A stretch of DNA of 64,000 nucleotides, taken from an uncultured delta proteobacterium. Its GTDB lineage: Bacteria; Desulfobacterota; Binatia; UBA9968. The stretch lies in the NCBI GenBank assembly GCA_963745835.1, contig CAVUZH010000018.1, forward strand, positions 1 to 64,000. Direction: 5' to 3'. Positions 60,739-64,000 of the stretch are shown one piece after another. A program made the position numbers and the translations under genes. The notes under the pieces are model-generated. The model was not told the DNA's origin and searched no databases. It was given only the letters and a program-made list of their open reading frames with translations. Every line of letters begins with the position of its first letter. The first letter of the stretch is position 1.

Positions 60739-61711
60739 ATGATGATCATTCTTTTGCTCGTACCGACCGTGCTTTTTGCATCGATGCTCTCTGCATCGTG
60801 CTATGCACAGGCGCCGTTACAGCACGTTGTGCTCACCTACTCCAGCCGTAGTATCGCCTCCATTGATCTTTTCATAGCGCAAGAGCGCGGGTTTTTTCGC
60901 GACGAAGGACTCGATGCGCAGCTCGTCCAGGTTCGAGCCACGGCTGCAATCGCCGCGATTATTTCAGGAGAGGTTAATGCGCTCGGTTCTATCGGGAGCG
61001 CCATCCGAGCGATTCCGCGCGGCGCGCCGATCAAGGTATTGACAGTAGGCCTGCGGCGGCCGGTGTTCTGGCTGGTGAGTCGACCCGAGTTGAAGTCTTA
61101 CGCGGACCTTAAAGGAAAAGTAATGGGAACGACCACGCTAGGCGGAAGCCAGCATACCGCCGGCATCCGATTGCTGCGCAAGGCGGGTCTGAACCCCCGA
61201 TAAGGATTTGACAGTGGTCTTGGGCGGTGACGTGCCGAGTCAGCTGCAGGCGTTGGTCAATGGCTCGATTCAAGTCGGTATTCTTTCACCGCCTATGGTG
61301 ATCGTTGCCCGTGATAAATATAAAATGAATATTTTAGGCAGTGCCATCGATGAGTTTACCAGCATTCAGAATGGTTTGGGCTTCTTAGAAAAGAGTCTCA
61401 AGGAGCAACCCGATCTGGTAAAGCGGATTGTTCGCTCCCGCTCGAAGGCGAATCGTTACTTTCATCACAATGAGCGCGGTAGCAGTGAAGTATTGGCCAA
61501 GTATTTAAACGTCGATTTCGAGACTGCTCTTGAAACCTATCGGATATCGCGGCCGGCATTCACCACTGCTGGGATCCCGACCCACGAGGAGATATCTGAA
61601 TATCTCAAAGAGGACGCGCGCATCCTTGGTCTGGCGGCGCCATTGCCGGCAACAAGAGTGTTCGATTTTTCGATACAGCGCGAAGTCAACCAGGAGCTGG
61701 GGGCGCGATGA
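60739..61711 (+). pseudogene. SsuA/NMT1-family substrate-binding protein split by a +1 frameshift (C5 run at 61194-61198)
   Basis: Removing one C joins the two ORFs as ...AGLNPDKDLTVVLGG... Confidence 0.8.
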
Positions 61712-62268
61712 ATCAGAAAAAAAAGGTCGCTGTTTTTGGCGGTGGATGTTTTTGGTGCACCGAAGCGGTATTTGACGAGCTCCGCGGCGTGATTTCAGTC
61801 GTTTCGGGCTATGCCGGTGGGGACGTGAAGAATCCGACTTATGAGCAGGTCTGCGGTGGCCGCACCGGACATGCGGAAGTGATTCGCATCGAGTTCGATC
61901 CCGATCAGATCGCTTTCCGCGACTTGCTGACGGTTTTCTTTGCCACTCATGACCCGACGACGCTTAATCGTCAGGGCAACGATGTCGGCACGCAGTATCG
62001 CTCGGCAATATTTTATGCCGACGATGAGCAAAAACACGAGGCGGAAAGTTTTATCAAGGAGCTACAAGCCGCCGGCGCCTTTAGTAAGCCGATCGTGACT
62101 ACTTTGGAACCACTGACCGACTTCTATGAAGCTGAAGGCTATCATCAGAAGTATTACGCAAACAATCCCTACCAACCCTATTGCCAAGTAATGATCCCGC
62201 CGAAATTAAACAAGCTTCACAAACAGTTCGCCGAGTTGCTCAAATCGCATGGCAAAGGCGCAAGCTAA
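61708..62268 (+). CDS. msrA: Peptide-methionine (S)-S-oxide reductase
   Basis: [27 protein letters not shown]. Confidence 0.97.
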   Translation: MNQKKKVAVFGGGCFWCTEAVFDELRGVISVVSGYAGGDVKNPTYEQVCGGRTGHAEVIRIEFDPDQIAFRDLLTVFFATHDPTTLNRQGNDVGTQYRSAIFYADDEQKHEAESFIKELQAAGAFSKPIVTTLEPLTDFYEAEGYHQKYYANNPYQPYCQVMIPPKLNKLHKQFAELLKSHGKGAS

Positions 62269-62614
62269 ACGTTCCAACTGGGCCAAATCGCTGGTCGATC
62301 TCGGTCCAGCGGTGGAGGCGCGCGCTTTAGCTCGGTGATCTGATATTTGTATGAGGATTCGGTTCTTGAGTTGTCTAGTCTAAGTTGCCGGTGAGCCCGC
62401 GACTCGTCGAGTTGTCGGAAATTCAAAGTAAAGTGCTAGGAAAATTCGCATCGATTTGCCATGTTCAGAGCCGTTCAACTAGGAGGTCGTGGATTCGATC
62501 TCATCACGACATCCGTTCGTGAAGAGCCAACGAACATCCTGAAGATTCAATTATCGTATTCGTTGCAGCAGTTCTTATTGGCTTGGGAACCGAAGATCAA
62601 CTGAGAAGAAATTC

Positions 62615-64000
62615 ATGCGCGAACAAACCTCAGCAGTGGTTATGCTCTCCGGGCGTAAGTTTTTCTTCTCTTGCGCCATCCTTGCGGCCGTTATTTTATT
62701 TATCGGAAGGTTTGTTCCTCTGTCGATATCGCTGCTGGCTCTAGAGGTCTTCGCGACAATTCTGGGGTTATTCTTCTTCGGCTCTTTTCGCTATCAAATT
62801 CATAAGAATGCGGTTACTTACGGAATGGTTTTGATCATCATTGCGACTTTCTGCGGATTAAGCAGCTCGCAGTGGCATGTCGATATCGCGCAGAGAGGCT
62901 GGGAACGATGGGCACAGGATTACCTGTTTTCGTTCCGTGGCCTCGATGAGTTGATCCATGCCGATACCATGTTGTTTATTCTCGGCTTAACGTTTTTTGT
63001 CGCGGTGATTGCGCAAACGCGTCTGCTCGAAGGACTGACTTTCTTTTTGCTACGCCGGTATCGTGGGGCGGTACTCCCGACCGTCTTATCGGTCACTGCA
63101 GTGGTCGCCTTCGCCTCGGGTATCCTGGACGGCGTCTCGATGATCGGTTTAACGATTCGAACTCTCGTCATCATTATGTTGCTTGCGGCAGCCCCTACGG
63201 CCGCGATTCGTTACGCCGTTATGGTGTGCACCGCGGTAACGACCGTTTGTGGAATCTGGTTGGCCTATGGCGAACCACCCAATTTGATCATGAAGGCCAA
63301 CTTAGACCCTTATATCGACAACGCCTTCTTTCTGCGTTACTGCGCGCCTATTGCCGTTGCCAGCTACCTGGTCATCGCCTGGCAACTGCGCAAAAGACTG
63401 CGCGGCGAGCACGTCAATTTAGAAACTATGGACGTGATCGACGCGAACGCCGAGGACGTCCGCTTCCTGCAAGCGATGCGACATGGAGAGGTTCTGACGC
63501 CAATTGAATTCGTCGAAAACCATGCGCGCGATTTGGGCGACAAGACCGATCAAGTGGTGGAGCGCTTGCGTGAGGGCGAATCCGTGGGTGTCGCTCTGGT
63601 TCGTGAAGAGATTCCCCAAGCGACGCGCAAGCAGCTGCTGGGTCGTTTTGTCAGCGAAGACCTGGCTGAATCACTCGATCGCCACTATGTACTTCAGGCG
63701 GCGGGAGACCACGCCGGTGCGCTTGCCGCGGAGCGTCAGGTGGACGATACTCTCGCGGCGTCGGCGCGACGGCGCAAGGTTGCGCAAAGGTTCGGCGCTT
63801 TGGCCTTGATACCCTTTATCGGGATGCTGGTTTGGCACGGACTGGATCACCGGGTGCCGTTGTTTTTGGCTTCGTTTGCCGGCTTTATCGTCGCTTTGCT
63901 GGGAATTGCCAATATCCCGAAGATGCGCGCCTTGTCCTTGCGTGAAGCCAGCCACGAATATGCAGAATACTATTTTCTCTTCCCGCTTTTTCTCGCCATA
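62615..64000 (+). CDS. Ion-transporter superfamily permease (ArsB/NhaD/NhaB/SLC13-like), running off the window end
   Basis: Manual translation from ATG 62615: multi-TM, SGILDGVS and YGEPPNLIMKA motifs; absent from the ORF track, probably because no stop lies in the window. Confidence 0.75.
   Translation, partial: MREQTSAVVMLSGRKFFFSCAILAAVILFIGRFVPLSISLLALEVFATILGLFFFGSFRYQIHKNAVTYGMVLIIIATFCGLSSSQWHVDIAQRGWERWAQDYLFSFRGLDELIHADTMLFILGLTFFVAVIAQTRLLEGLTFFLLRRYRGAVLPTVLSVTAVVAFASGILDGVSMIGLTIRTLVIIMLLAAAPTAAIRYAVMVCTAVTTVCGIWLAYGEPPNLIMKANLDPYIDNAFFLRYCAPIAVASYLVIAWQLRKRLRGEHVNLETMDVIDANAEDVRFLQAMRHGEVLTPIEFVENHARDLGDKTDQVVERLREGESVGVALVREEIPQATRKQLLGRFVSEDLAESLDRHYVLQAAGDHAGALAAERQVDDTLAASARRRKVAQRFGALALIPFIGMLVWHGLDHRVPLFLASFAGFIVALLGIANIPKMRALSLREASHEYAEYYFLFPLFLAI

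Noticed and set aside
62480-62500. tRNA T-arm-like GGAGGTCGTGGATTCGATC
   Set aside because: No stem complementarity or CCA end; chance similarity
5387-63955. Numerous 60-150 aa ORFs nested in or antisense to long genes
   Set aside because: Shadow ORFs of well-supported CDSs with no independent motifs or RBS
1-64000. CRISPR array, rRNA, IS transposase
   Set aside because: No regularly spaced repeats, rRNA-like sequence or transposase motifs were recognised

Overview
A 64-kb chromosomal window from a Deltaproteobacteria-like bacterium. Gene content and order suggest Candidatus Binatia/Binatota; this is an inference, not a database result. 1-5044 is the decaying right end of an integrative element: an integrase stub, pseudogenes and three paralogous mini-proteins, ending at a duplicated tRNA-Thr(CGT) 3' half. 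5216-10592 is a phcB/phcS/phcR-like operon resembling Ralstonia fatty-acid-methyl-ester quorum sensing. 13.5-25.2 kb is a type IVa pilus locus: pilB, pilC, an unusual PilS-PilR fusion lacking kinase and receiver domains, a sigma54 promoter and a frameshifted aromatic-rich pilA, next to GT2/methyltransferase/GT-C genes. 25.3-49 kb is core genome: ppdK, recO, grpE-dnaK-dnaJ-lon, thiL, larB, archease, HD protein, gmhA, atpIBE, hemL and dnaA-oriC-dnaN. 49-64 kb holds aromatic/organic-acid catabolism and transport genes. No CRISPR array, rRNA or intact tRNA was seen. Product calls come from motif recognition by eye, not database searches. Two single-base frameshifts in short homopolymers may be sequencing errors.
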